Shown piece by piece: positions 52,880 through 62,309 of a DNA stretch of 64,000 nucleotides. The notes under the pieces were generated by a model that had not been told where the DNA came from, did no database searches, and saw only the letters and a program-made list of their open reading frames with translations. The position numbers and the translations under genes are program-made. Where the stretch lies: contig CAVXPZ010000004.1 in the NCBI GenBank assembly GCA_963763775.1, forward strand, positions 640,001-704,000. The letters run 5' to 3'. Positions within the stretch are counted from its first letter, which is position 1, and every line of letters begins with the position of its first letter. Origin of the DNA: an uncultured Chloroflexia bacterium. Its GTDB lineage: Bacteria; Chloroflexota; Limnocylindria; Limnocylindrales; CSP1-4.

Positions 52880-53545
52880 GTGACGACCGTCCGCTTGGCC
52901 GCGGTCAACGTGGGAACGCCGACCCTGCTCGGCGAGCTCCAGGGCGAGCGTGTCTGGAGCGGGATCCGCAAGCAGCCGCTGGCTCCGGGCGATCGGACGT
53001 GGCTCTCGTGGCTCAACCTCGCGGGCGATGGGCAGGCCGATCTCGACGTCCATGGTGGAACTGACAAGGCGGTGTACGCGTATCCGTCGGAGCATCTCGC
53101 GACCTGGGCCAAGGAGCTGCACGAGGAGCTCGGCGCCGCCCCGTTCGGCGAGAACCTCAGCACGATCGGCGCCACGGAGGGCGACGTGCGGATCGGCGAC
53201 GTCTGGCGATGGGGCGCCGCGACCCTCCAGGTGACCCAGCCGCGCTGGCCGTGCTTCAAGCTCGACCTGTTCCGGAGCCGCACCGACGTCGGGCTTCGGT
53301 TGCGCTCGACCGGGCGGACCGGCTGGTACCTGCGCGTCCTCGAGCCGGGCGATGTCCCGGTGGCGGGCCCGATCGAACGGATCGAGCAGGATCCGGCCGG
53401 GATCACCGTCCTCGATGCCCACATGGCGATGCTCGATCGGCGGATGTCCCCGGACCGCCTCCGCGAGGTGGCCGGGCACCCGGCGCTGGCCGAGCAGTGG
53501 AAGACCCCGCTTGAGCGTCGCCTGGCATATCTCGGGGCGCGCTGA
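52880..53545 (+). CDS. MOSC-domain protein (YiiM-like)
   Basis: SGIRK, GDGQAD..VHGG.DKAVY, FGENL, QPRWPCFK, RTGWYLRVLEPG. Confidence 0.92.
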   Translation: MTTVRLAAVNVGTPTLLGELQGERVWSGIRKQPLAPGDRTWLSWLNLAGDGQADLDVHGGTDKAVYAYPSEHLATWAKELHEELGAAPFGENLSTIGATEGDVRIGDVWRWGAATLQVTQPRWPCFKLDLFRSRTDVGLRLRSTGRTGWYLRVLEPGDVPVAGPIERIEQDPAGITVLDAHMAMLDRRMSPDRLREVAGHPALAEQWKTPLERRLAYLGAR

Positions 53546-53558
53546 CGGCTGGATTGGG

Positions 53559-53963
53559 TCACGCCGCACGATCGAGAGCGACCCTCGCCGACTTCGTGTC
53601 ACCGCTCAACGCGAACCCTGAGCCGATCAGGGACCCGAAGACGATGACCGCGAAGGCGAAGATGCCCGACATGGATCCGGCGTCCACGCCCCTTCCCAGG
53701 ACCACGCCGAAACCGACGACGTCGAGGATGATCGGGAGGAGGCCCAGGACGGCCGCCGCCGCGATCGCGTGGAGATACGTGCCGCCGACACCGATGGCTC
53801 GATAGCCGACCCAAGCACCGTAGGACAGCAGGATCGGGGCCAGAACGGCCGGGATGAACGTCGCCCGCAGATCCGGCCAGATGGCTTCGAGCGCGAAGTG
53901 CGTGGCTCCGGTGAGGAGCAGGCTGATGACGGGCCACTTCAGGGTCCGATAGAAGATGTCCAT
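53559..53963 (-). CDS. Small 4-TM membrane protein
   Basis: RBS AAGGAG; four hydrophobic segments; divergent from the HxlR gene. Confidence 0.7.
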   Translation of the reverse strand: MDIFYRTLKWPVISLLLTGATHFALEAIWPDLRATFIPAVLAPILLSYGAWVGYRAIGVGGTYLHAIAAAAVLGLLPIILDVVGFGVVLGRGVDAGSMSGIFAFAVIVFGSLIGSGFALSGDTKSARVALDRAA

Positions 53964-54065
53964 GCGCCGAGGCTCCTTGGGCTTGCCGGTCGCGAGCATC
54001 GCGAACCTGCGGCCAGCCTCGACCTCGCAGGACCGTCACCGCTAGTGCGATCGCTGGAGTTGCTG

Positions 54066-54080
54066 GTGCAAGATCTGCAC
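54066..54080. promoter_or_regulatory. Candidate HxlR operator
   Basis: GTGCA-agatc-TGCAC in the divergent intergenic region. Confidence 0.5.
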
Positions 54081-54115
54081 TTGGAACCTCGGCCCGTGCG
54101 GAGGACACTGACGTC

Positions 54116-54835
54116 ATGAGATACCAGCAGATCTGCCCGGTGTCCCTCGCCAGCGAGGTCATCGCCGAGCGCTGGACCCCCCTCATCCTTCGGGAGATCG
54201 TCCTGTTCGACCGGCATCACTTCACCGAGATCCAGCACGGGGTCGGGCGGATCTCGCAGAGCCTCCTGTCGGCGAGACTCCGCACGCTGGAGAGCGCCGG
54301 TGTCATCGAGCGGCGACCGAATCCGCTGGGTCGCGGCTGGGAATACCACCCGACCCGCGCCGGACGGGAGCTCGAGACGGTCCTGAACGAGCTCGGCATC
54401 TGGGCGCAGCACTGGCTCGAGCTGCGGCAGGAAGACTGCGATCCGGCCTACCTGATGCAGACGGTCCACGCCGTCCTCCGGCTGGATCGGTTGCCACGCA
54501 CCCCACTGACCGTGCGCTTCGAGTTCACCGAGCATCCGAAGATCTACTGGCTGGTCCTCGGTGGCGAGCAGCCGGAACTCTGCTACTTCGATCCAGGCCG
54601 GGAGGCGGAGCTCGTCGTCACCGCCGACGAGCGGGCGCTCGGTGGCGTGCTCCTGGGACGCATCCCCTTCGCCCAGGCCGTCGGGTCTGGCGACATCCGG
54701 CTGGAGGGACCGCCGGCGCTGGTCCGGGCCTTCCCGACGTGGCTCGGCCTGACCCGGTTCGCGAGGTACGCGCAGCCCCGGCCAGCGAACGCGCCGAGGC
54801 CATCGGAACAGGCGGCGACCGTCAGCGTCGCATGA
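54116..54835 (+). CDS. HxlR-family regulator with C-terminal SCP2-like domain
   Basis: YQQICPV..A.E.IAERWTPLILRE, LS.RLR.LE; C-terminal CYFDPG.E..L, A...G.I.L.G. Confidence 0.9.
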   Translation: MRYQQICPVSLASEVIAERWTPLILREIVLFDRHHFTEIQHGVGRISQSLLSARLRTLESAGVIERRPNPLGRGWEYHPTRAGRELETVLNELGIWAQHWLELRQEDCDPAYLMQTVHAVLRLDRLPRTPLTVRFEFTEHPKIYWLVLGGEQPELCYFDPGREAELVVTADERALGGVLLGRIPFAQAVGSGDIRLEGPPALVRAFPTWLGLTRFARYAQPRPANAPRPSEQAATVSVA

Positions 54836-54853
54836 CCGTTCGCTCGGGGTCGG

Positions 54854-55295
54854 TCACGCGTCGCTTGACCCTTCGAGGATGAGCTTGAGGCGTTCCGTCG
54901 CCTGCACCTCCGCGTCCATGGTCTTCTGGACGGCCCCGCCCATCAGCAGCTTCTTGACGCCGTGCAGCTCCGCCTCCAGGGCGAAGGTCAGACGTGTCGC
55001 TCCGTCGAGCGCCTCGAGGGTGTAGGAGCCGGTCGGCCGGACCGGTCCGGCTGTCGCCTCGAACGCGAGCCGCGTATCGGGCTCGTAGGCCGTGATCACG
55101 TAGTCGGCGTCGATGCGGCGACCACCGGGACCCTTGACGCCCTGCTTGTATCTGGCGCCGACGCCACTGCCGGAGACCTGATCGATGTCGAGGATCCCGG
55201 ACCGCCACTGCGGCCCATTGCGCCCGTCGGCGATGAACGCGAAGACATCACCGATCGGTCGTCTGGATCGTGACCTGGTGTCGCGCCTGTGGCAT
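54854..55295 (-). CDS. SRPBCC (polyketide cyclase-like) protein; frameshift near 55265
   Basis: VTI.RPI.DVFAFIAD..N.PQW, ITAYEP, C-terminal helix ERLK.ILE. Confidence 0.82.
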
Positions 55296-55484
55296 CACGC
55301 ACCCCTGTCGGTGCCGCCCGGCCGGCGGTTTGGACGGCACGATACGCCGATGGATCGGCGACCGCCATCGCCAGCCGGATCCTGTCCGCGGGTGATCCGA
55401 ACCTTCAAGGTGACCGAACGCGTGGTCGAGGGCCGGGTCCGAGCGTATCCTCGCGCCGAGCCGCCTCCACGCATGGTGATCGCG

Positions 55485-56660
55485 ATGCCAGATCGTCCAG
55501 AGCCAGCCTGCCTCGTCCTCGCCGACATCAGCGGGTACACGAGCTACCTCGCCGGCGTCGAACTCGACCACGCGCAGGACATCCTCGCCGACCTCACCGA
55601 CGTCGTCGTGAGGACGCTCCGACCCACGTTCCGCCTCGCCAAGCTCGAAGGCGATGCCGCCTTCGTCTACGTCGTGACGGAGGCCGTCGACGGCTCGATG
55701 CTCCAGGACACGATCGAGGGCTGCTACATCGCGTTCCGCCGACGGCTACGGGACATCGCCCAGGCCTCCCAGTGCGAATGCGACGCTTGCACGTACACCC
55801 CCCGGCTCGACCTCAAGTTCGTGGTCCATCACGGCCTGATCGCGCGGCAGCGGATGGCCGGCCGCGAGGAGCTCGTCGGGCGAGACGTGATCGTCGTCCA
55901 CCGGTTGCTCAAGAACGACATCCAGGCCACCCTCGGCCTGGGCGCGTATGCCCTGTACACCGACGAGTGCGTCCGGATGATGGGTCTCGCGGATCCGGCC
56001 GCGGCCGGGCTCGTCGAGCATCGCGAGTCCTACGAATTCGTGGGGGACGTGCCCGGGTGGGTCCGCGACCTCGAGTCCGTGTGGCAGGACGCCGAGGCGA
56101 AGGCGACGCGCGCGGTCGCGGCGGCCGATTCCGCGTGGTCGACGTCGTTCGCCTTCGACGGCCCGGTGGCGGTGGTCTGGGAGTGGGTGACGTCGCCCGC
56201 ACGCCGCCTGCAGTGGCAGATCGGCGTGGACGAGGTGAACGAGGAGGTAACCGGCGGGCGGCGTGGCGTCGGGACGACCAACCACTGCGTCCACGGCCGC
56301 GACGCGATCGTCGAGGAGATCCTCGCCTGGCGTCCGCCCGAGGTCCTCACCACGCGCTTCCAGATGCCGATCCCCGGGTTCCCGAAGCTGACGCGGACCG
56401 AGATGTTCGAGGCGTCGGCTGACGGCACGACCACATCAGTGACCGTCCGCGTGCAACGACCCACGTCGGCGAGGGACCGGGCGAAGCTCGAAGAGATCGG
56501 GCCGATGCTCACCCATGCCTACGGCGACGGCCTCGCGCTGCTGGCCGAGAAGATCCGCGAAGACCTCGCTGCACGAGCGGCCGCGGTCGCGGAGGACGGA
56601 CCCGAACCGGACGTTCCGAGATCCGCGGGGCGGCATCTCACGGCGCCGATCAGTGCGTAG
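55485..56660 (+). CDS. DUF2652 (class III cyclase-like) domain fused to an SRPBCC domain
   Basis: LADISGYT, KLEGDA, CECDAC, LKFVVHHG, L.GRDVIVVHRLLKN; C-terminal VWEWVT.P..R..W, HCVHG, WRPP. Confidence 0.85.
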   Translation: MPDRPEPACLVLADISGYTSYLAGVELDHAQDILADLTDVVVRTLRPTFRLAKLEGDAAFVYVVTEAVDGSMLQDTIEGCYIAFRRRLRDIAQASQCECDACTYTPRLDLKFVVHHGLIARQRMAGREELVGRDVIVVHRLLKNDIQATLGLGAYALYTDECVRMMGLADPAAAGLVEHRESYEFVGDVPGWVRDLESVWQDAEAKATRAVAAADSAWSTSFAFDGPVAVVWEWVTSPARRLQWQIGVDEVNEEVTGGRRGVGTTNHCVHGRDAIVEEILAWRPPEVLTTRFQMPIPGFPKLTRTEMFEASADGTTTSVTVRVQRPTSARDRAKLEEIGPMLTHAYGDGLALLAEKIREDLAARAAAVAEDGPEPDVPRSAGRHLTAPISA

Positions 56661-56711
56661 CCGGCAGGGGCCACCACGACGCGCGCCAGTCACGGCGAGC
56701 GCCGGCGTCGA

Positions 56712-57662
56712 TCACTCGAGGAGGTAGCGCTCGACCACGTTCTCCAGCGGCTCGCCGGCCGCGAATCGTCGGACCTGGGCGCCCGCGAGCGCGAAGGCCC
56801 GACGGGTGGCACCGGGCGAATTGCCCGCGATGTGCGGGCTCACGAGGACGTTGGGCAGCGACCAGAGCGCATGCCCCGCGGGCAGCGGCTCCGGGTCGGT
56901 CACGTCGAGCACGGCTCGGAGCCGCCCGCGCTCCAGCTCGGCGACCAGCGCCGTCGTGTCGATGGTCGTACCTCGGCCGGCGTTGACGACCAACGCGCCG
57001 TCAGGCAGCAGGCCGAGACGGCGCGCATCGAGCAACCCCGCCGTGTCGGCCGTCGACGGCAGCAGGTCCACGAGGATCCCTGCGCCGGCGAGCGCGGCGT
57101 CGAGGTCGGCCATCGCGACGACGCCGTCCCGCGCCGACCTGGCCACGCCGACGACCTCCACATCGAATGGGCGGAGGCGGTCCGCGACGGCCGCGCCGAT
57201 GGAGCCGTACCCGACGATCACGACCCGCTGACCGGCGAGCTCGTCGGGCTCGAACTCGGTCCAGGTCGCCTGGGCCTGGGCGTCGCGCGCACGGACGAGG
57301 CCGCGCTGCATGGCCAGGATGGCCCCGACGACCCACTCCGCGAGTGGCCCGTCGTAGACCCCGCGGGCGTTGCAGACCGTCACGTGCGCCGGGACCCGGC
57401 CCGCGAGGAAGTCGACGCCGGCGCTCAGCGTCTGGATGACGCGGAGGCGTCCAGAGCTGCCCAGCACTCCGAACAGCGGCGCCCGCATCCGCCCCATGGG
57501 GATCACGAGGTCGGCGCGCGCGAAGTCCGGGATCGGCCCGTCTTCGAGCGAGACCGGCACCAGCTCGACGTTCGCCGGCAGGTCGCCCAGCAACGAGCGC
57601 TCGGGGACATCCGGCGCGAAGACGACGACGGGTTCGGCGGCGGGTGGCGGCGAACCAGGCAT
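56712..57662 (-). CDS. D-isomer-specific 2-hydroxyacid dehydrogenase
   Basis: SAGVD, VGYGSIG, VNAGRG, LDVTDPEP, SPHIAG. Confidence 0.93.
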   Translation of the reverse strand: MPGSPPPAAEPVVVFAPDVPERSLLGDLPANVELVPVSLEDGPIPDFARADLVIPMGRMRAPLFGVLGSSGRLRVIQTLSAGVDFLAGRVPAHVTVCNARGVYDGPLAEWVVGAILAMQRGLVRARDAQAQATWTEFEPDELAGQRVVIVGYGSIGAAVADRLRPFDVEVVGVARSARDGVVAMADLDAALAGAGILVDLLPSTADTAGLLDARRLGLLPDGALVVNAGRGTTIDTTALVAELERGRLRAVLDVTDPEPLPAGHALWSLPNVLVSPHIAGNSPGATRRAFALAGAQVRRFAAGEPLENVVERYLLE

Positions 57663-57717
57663 GCTCGTGAGTCTAGTGGACGGGCGGGCGCCACCCATGC
57701 GGTCCAGAATGGCGCCG

Positions 57718-58581
57718 ATGCCCCGCCTCCGATCGCGTCGCTTCGCGACACCCGACGAGCTTCGAACGTTCGTGCACGGCCGCGGCGAGGTCGTGCACCT
57801 CGATGAGACAACGGTCGGCCGGGCGACCTACGAGCCCGGCTGGCGATGGTCCGTCGACATGCCGGGCATCGCCGGCACGGCGACCTGCCAGCTGCACCAC
57901 CTCGGGTACTCGATCTCCGGGCTCATGCACGTCGTGACCGATGACGGGCAGGAACTCGACATCCACCCGGAGTCGGTCTACGAGATCCCGACCGGTCATG
58001 ACGCGTGGGTCGTCGGCGACGAACCGTGGGTGACGGTGGAGTGGACGAGCGCCAAGTCGTTCGGCGTGGCGTCCGAAGGACCCGGCGAACGCGTCGTCGC
58101 GACCGTCCTGTTCACCGACATCGTGGATTCCACGGCGACCATGGAGCGGATGGGCGATGCGGCGTGGCGGGATGTGCTGTCCATGCATAACCGCCTGCTG
58201 CGCCAGGAGCTCAACGTCTTCCGTGGACGCGAGGTCGCGACCACCGGCGATGGGTTCCTCGCCGTGTTCGACGGCGCGACCCGGGCCGTTCGATGCGGCG
58301 TCGCGATGGCCCGCTCCGCGGAGACGCTGGGGATCGCGATCCGGGTCGGCATCCACACGGGCGAAGTCGAGTTCGTCGGGCCCGATGCCCGTGGCCTCGC
58401 CGTGCATGCCGCGGCGCGCGTCATGTCGGTCGCCGGCGCGGGCGAGGTGCTCGTCTCATCGACGACGAGGGACCTGCTGGAGGGCTCGGGGCTCGCGCTC
58501 GACGACGCCGGCACCCACGAACTGAAGGGGCTCCAGGGGCCGCGCCATCTGTTCCGGGTCGCCGCCGCGGCGGAGGGATGA
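57718..58581 (+). CDS. Cupin domain fused to a class III adenylate/guanylate cyclase
   Basis: EPGWRWS, CQLHH, GHDAWV cupin; LFTDIVDST, TGDG, RVGIHTGE, AVHAAARV. Confidence 0.9.
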   Translation: MPRLRSRRFATPDELRTFVHGRGEVVHLDETTVGRATYEPGWRWSVDMPGIAGTATCQLHHLGYSISGLMHVVTDDGQELDIHPESVYEIPTGHDAWVVGDEPWVTVEWTSAKSFGVASEGPGERVVATVLFTDIVDSTATMERMGDAAWRDVLSMHNRLLRQELNVFRGREVATTGDGFLAVFDGATRAVRCGVAMARSAETLGIAIRVGIHTGEVEFVGPDARGLAVHAAARVMSVAGAGEVLVSSTTRDLLEGSGLALDDAGTHELKGLQGPRHLFRVAAAAEG

Positions 58582-59909
58582 GCCGACCCGACGCCCTGCC
58601 GAGCCCGCCAGCAGCCGCCGCGGCGAGCAGCGTTCGGAGCTTCGCCAGGTGGTTCTGGCGGCCGCCCCGAGCGCACGGCGAGATCGAGGTCGAACGACGG
58701 GTCAGCTTCCTCGAGCTCTTCTCCGACCTCGTCTACGTGGTGGTGATCTCGCAAGCGGCTCGGGTGCTGGCGAGCGCCGTCTCGGTCCGCGGCTACCTCG
58801 AGTTCCTCGTCGTCTTCGGCGTCATCTGGGTCGCCTGGGCGAACGGGACGCTCTACTACGAGCTCCACGGCCGGGAGGACGGCCGAACGCGGACGTTCGT
58901 CTTCCTCCAGATGGCGATCCTGGCCCTGCTCGCCGTGTTCACCGGCGAGGCCGCCGGCGCCACGGGCACGGCGTTCGCGGTCGTCTACCTGGCGTTCCTC
59001 GGCGTGATGACGTGGCTCTGGTATGCGGTGCGCCGACAGGACCGCGCGGAGTACATGGCCACGACGGCGCGCTACATCGCCGCGATGGTCGTCTCGATGG
59101 TCGTCATCGCGGCGAGCGCCGTCCTGCCGACGGATGCCCGGCTCGTCGTGTGGGCCGGGTTCACGCTGGGGTGGCTCGCGTTGATGCTCCTCTTCGGCCG
59201 GAACTCGCGGCGCAGCTCGGTGACCGGCATCGTCCCCACCGACGCCATGGTCGAGCGGTTCGACCTGCTCGTGATCATCGTGCTCGGCGAGGTCGTGGTG
59301 GGCGTGGTGAACGGGCTGTCCGGCGCGGACCACGACCCCATGACGCTGGCGACGGGGTTCCTCGCGCTGATGGTGGGGTTCGGCCTCTGGTGGATCTTCT
59401 TCGACGTGGGCGGGCGGCGGCTGCCTCGGTTCGACGGGCTCGCCGTCAATGCGTGGATGGCGGCACACCTGCCGATCGCCATCGCGATCATCGGCGCCGG
59501 CGCCGCGATGGTCAGTCTCATCGCGCATGCACACGATCCGCAGACGCCGGCGCCGACCGCGTGGCTGCTCGCGGGCTCGGTCGCGCTGGGCACTCATCGC
59601 GCTCGGCCTGATGACTCGCACGCTCGCCGACTACGGGCGTCACGTGGCGATCTACCGACCCCTGGCGTTCGTGATGGTCGGGCGCTGCGGGCGTGGCGCT
59701 CCTGCTCGGGTGGTGCACGGCCGACGCCATGGCTCCTCGCGCTGCTCCTGGCGGCGATCCTCGCGGCGATCTGGCTCTTCGCCGTCGTCCGACTCTTCAA
59801 GACCGGGACGTGGACCGCGTCCGGCGCGGTCGGGGACGGGGGCCGAGCCGCCAGCGGCGGTCTGACGCGGGGCGAGGTACGTCCGAACCCGCCGAAAGGA
59901 CGGGTCTAG
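58578..59909 (+). CDS. ltrA: Low temperature requirement protein A (LtrA) family membrane protein; indels 59595-59715
   Basis: VSFLELFSDLVYVV, ERFDLLVIIVLGE, LWWIFFD, HLP; ATGA overlap with the cyclase gene. Confidence 0.85.
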   Translation: MSRPDALPSPPAAAAASSVRSFARWFWRPPRAHGEIEVERRVSFLELFSDLVYVVVISQAARVLASAVSVRGYLEFLVVFGVIWVAWANGTLYYELHGREDGRTRTFVFLQMAILALLAVFTGEAAGATGTAFAVVYLAFLGVMTWLWYAVRRQDRAEYMATTARYIAAMVVSMVVIAASAVLPTDARLVVWAGFTLGWLALMLLFGRNSRRSSVTGIVPTDAMVERFDLLVIIVLGEVVVGVVNGLSGADHDPMTLATGFLALMVGFGLWWIFFDVGGRRLPRFDGLAVNAWMAAHLPIAIAIIGAGAAMVSLIAHAHDPQTPAPTAWLLAGSVALGTHRARPDDSHARRLRASRGDLPTPGVRDGRALRAWRSCSGGARPTPWLLALLLAAILAAIWLFAVVRLFKTGTWTASGAVGDGGRAASGGLTRGEVRPNPPKGRV

Positions 59910-60283
59910 CCGTCTACCCCCCGGCGGATCCGCTCGAGCTCGCGCCGGAGACGCTTGCTGGGTCGGCCCTCCCCGCGCGTGGGCGTGATGTTCGGTCCGA
60001 CCACCGGCACCACCGGCGGACTGTGGTCCACGTAGCAGGTCTCGGCGACGGCGGCCCCGACCCGCGACTCGATCGGCCGCACGACCTCGACGATCCGCTG
60101 GCGGTCCGCGATGAACGCCTCCACCCGATCGCCCGCCCGCACCTTCGTCGACGGCTTCGCCGGCGATCCATTCACGAGGACGTGGCCGCCCTCGCACGTC
60201 CGGGTCGCCAGCGGACGCGTCTTCACGAGGCGCACAGCGCACAACCAGCGATCGATGCGCGTTGCGATCCCGTCGGACGTCAC
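59906..60283 (-). CDS. S4 RNA-binding protein (Hsp15/HslR-like)
   Basis: RIDRWL.AVRL.KTR..A...C.GG.V.VNG...KPS, GRPSKR.RR. Confidence 0.9.
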   Translation of the reverse strand: MTSDGIATRIDRWLCAVRLVKTRPLATRTCEGGHVLVNGSPAKPSTKVRAGDRVEAFIADRQRIVEVVRPIESRVGAAVAETCYVDHSPPVVPVVGPNITPTRGEGRPSKRLRRELERIRRGVDG

Positions 60284-60943
60284 CGCTCGAACAGCCGCCA
60301 GTGTCCTTCGGAGACGACCTCCACCGTGCCGTCGACGACCTTGATCGCGGTCTCGTCATCGATCGCGTAGCCGGCCCTGGTCAAGCCCGCCGCCCATCGC
60401 TCGGCGTCGGCCGTGGTGTTCTCGGGCAGCTCCGGGTTGTCCAGGTGCGGAAAGATCTCGAAGTCGACCAGGCCGAGGCCTTCGCCACCCGCCGGCCGGG
60501 TCCATGACGCGAACTCGTCCGCGACCGCGGGCGACATCACCAGGCTCCCGGCGCTGAGCCCCACGTACACCAGGTCGAGGGACGGGAAGAGCTCCGCCAG
60601 CCCGGACTCGCGCATCCACCGGTCCAGGTAGATCGTGTCGCCGCCGTTGACCAGCAGGACGTCGGCTTCCTTGACCGCCGCCTGCCACCTCGCTGGATCG
60701 AGGCTGGGCAGCGCGGTGAGCTCGAGGACGCCGACCGACTTCCAGCCGAGTTCGGCCATCGGGGTCTCGGGCTCCTCGCCGGCGATGAAGTTCCACGCCA
60801 GTTCGGGACCGCCGCGCAGCGGGTAGCTCGCGGTGGAATTGACGAGAGCGCGGCACTCGGCGATGGGCTTGCCGAGCAACTCGAGGAGTGCGGCGCGGAT
60901 GCTCGGCGTTCTTGATGCCCGCGGACGTGAGTAGCAGCTTCAT
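60280..60943 (-). CDS. Peptidase S51 (dipeptidase E)-like; frameshift near 60900
   Basis: MKLLLTSAG, VNGGD, YVGLSAGS (nucleophile), GLGLVDF.IFPH, YAIDDETA. Confidence 0.88.
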
Positions 60944-61070
60944 CGAAACTCCATGCAGTGATCGGACAAGCCTACGCTGGAAGGTCCGTGCCTCGAGATA
61001 CCGAACTGCTACCAGGCGCCGCAGACGGCGACAGTCCTCGTTGCCGTCACTAGCTGTAGGCTCCCGAGGG

Positions 61071-62277
61071 ATGAGCACACTCCTGCGGCGATACCTCGCG
61101 ATCGGCACCGAGACGACCGACGACGACGACACCCGCCTTCGCAAGTTCCTGCTTCTGGCGGCGGCCCTGGCGATCACGCCACTGGCGGCGCTGTGGGGAG
61201 CGATCTACTGGACCGTCGGAGCGCCCGATGCGGCGGCGATCCCGTGGCTGTACGTGGTCATCTCCGTCGCGAGCCTGGTCGCGTTCCGCGTCACCCGGAG
61301 CTACCGCTGGTTCGCGATCGGCCAGTTCGCGCCCTACATCAGCCTGCCGTTCGTCCTGATGTGGGCGCTGGGAGGGTTCGTCTCGGGCAGTGCCGTGGCC
61401 GTCTGGGCTGGCCTCGCACCGATCACCGCGCTGCTCCTCGGACACCGTCGCGCGGCGCTCTGGCTCGCCGTCGGGCTATGCCGTTCTGATGGCCGCTTCG
61501 GCGATCGTGCCGACCCCGTCTCCGGCGGCCCTGCCCGGATGGTTCCAGGACGGCATGTTCGTGCTCAACCTGGGCGCCGTCCCGTTGGTCGGCTTCCTCT
61601 TCGTCCGAGTCTTCGCCGGCGATCGGGCTGTGACGCTGGCCACCATGCGCCGGGTCGTCCAGCACTACTTCTCGCCCGACCTGGCCGAGGTACTCCTGGC
61701 AGATCCAGGTCGCGCCGAGCTCGGTGGCGAGATCGCGGAGGTGACGGTGCTCTTCGCCGACCTCGGGAGCTACTCGACGTACGCCGAGAAGCGGGCGCCG
61801 GCCGAGGTCGTGACCATGCTCAACACGTCCTTCGGGATCGCCCTCCCCGCGATCCTCGAGCAGGGCGGCTTGCCGGTCCAGTTGGCGGGTGACGCGATCA
61901 TGGCCGTCTTCGGGGCACCGAAGCCCCAGGCGGATCACGCCATCCGAGCCTGCCGGGCAGCGCTGGCGATCCTCGAGCAAACGAATGACCTGGCCACCGG
62001 TCGCCTACCGGGTCCGCGCTTCCACATCGGCGTGAACACCGGCCCGGCCCTCGTCGGGAACATCGGCAGCGAGGAGTATCGGAACTTCACCGCGATCGGC
62101 GACACGACGAACCTTGCCGCCCGCCTCCAGGACGTGGCCAAACCCGGTCAGGTCGTCATCGGGCCCGTGACGGCTGCCCAGCTCGACGGCGCCTTCGAGG
62201 TATCGTCACTTGGATCGGTGACCGTCAAGGGACGGACCGAACCCACGGAGGTCTTCGACCTGCGCTCGATCGGATAG
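61071..62277 (+). CDS. Membrane-bound (about 6 TM) class III nucleotidyl cyclase; frameshift near 61475
   Basis: TM region then VTVLFADL..YS, AGDAIMAVFG, IGVNTG, FTAIGDTTNLAARL, VKGR. Confidence 0.88.
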
Positions 62278-62309
62278 CGCGTCACAGCGGCCGGGCGCGG
62301 TGCCACGAC

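Noticed and set aside
57718-62277. Pycsar/CBASS anti-phage system
   Set aside because: No cNMP-binding, TIR or other recognised effector and no defence-island context; only the cyclase fold is shared.
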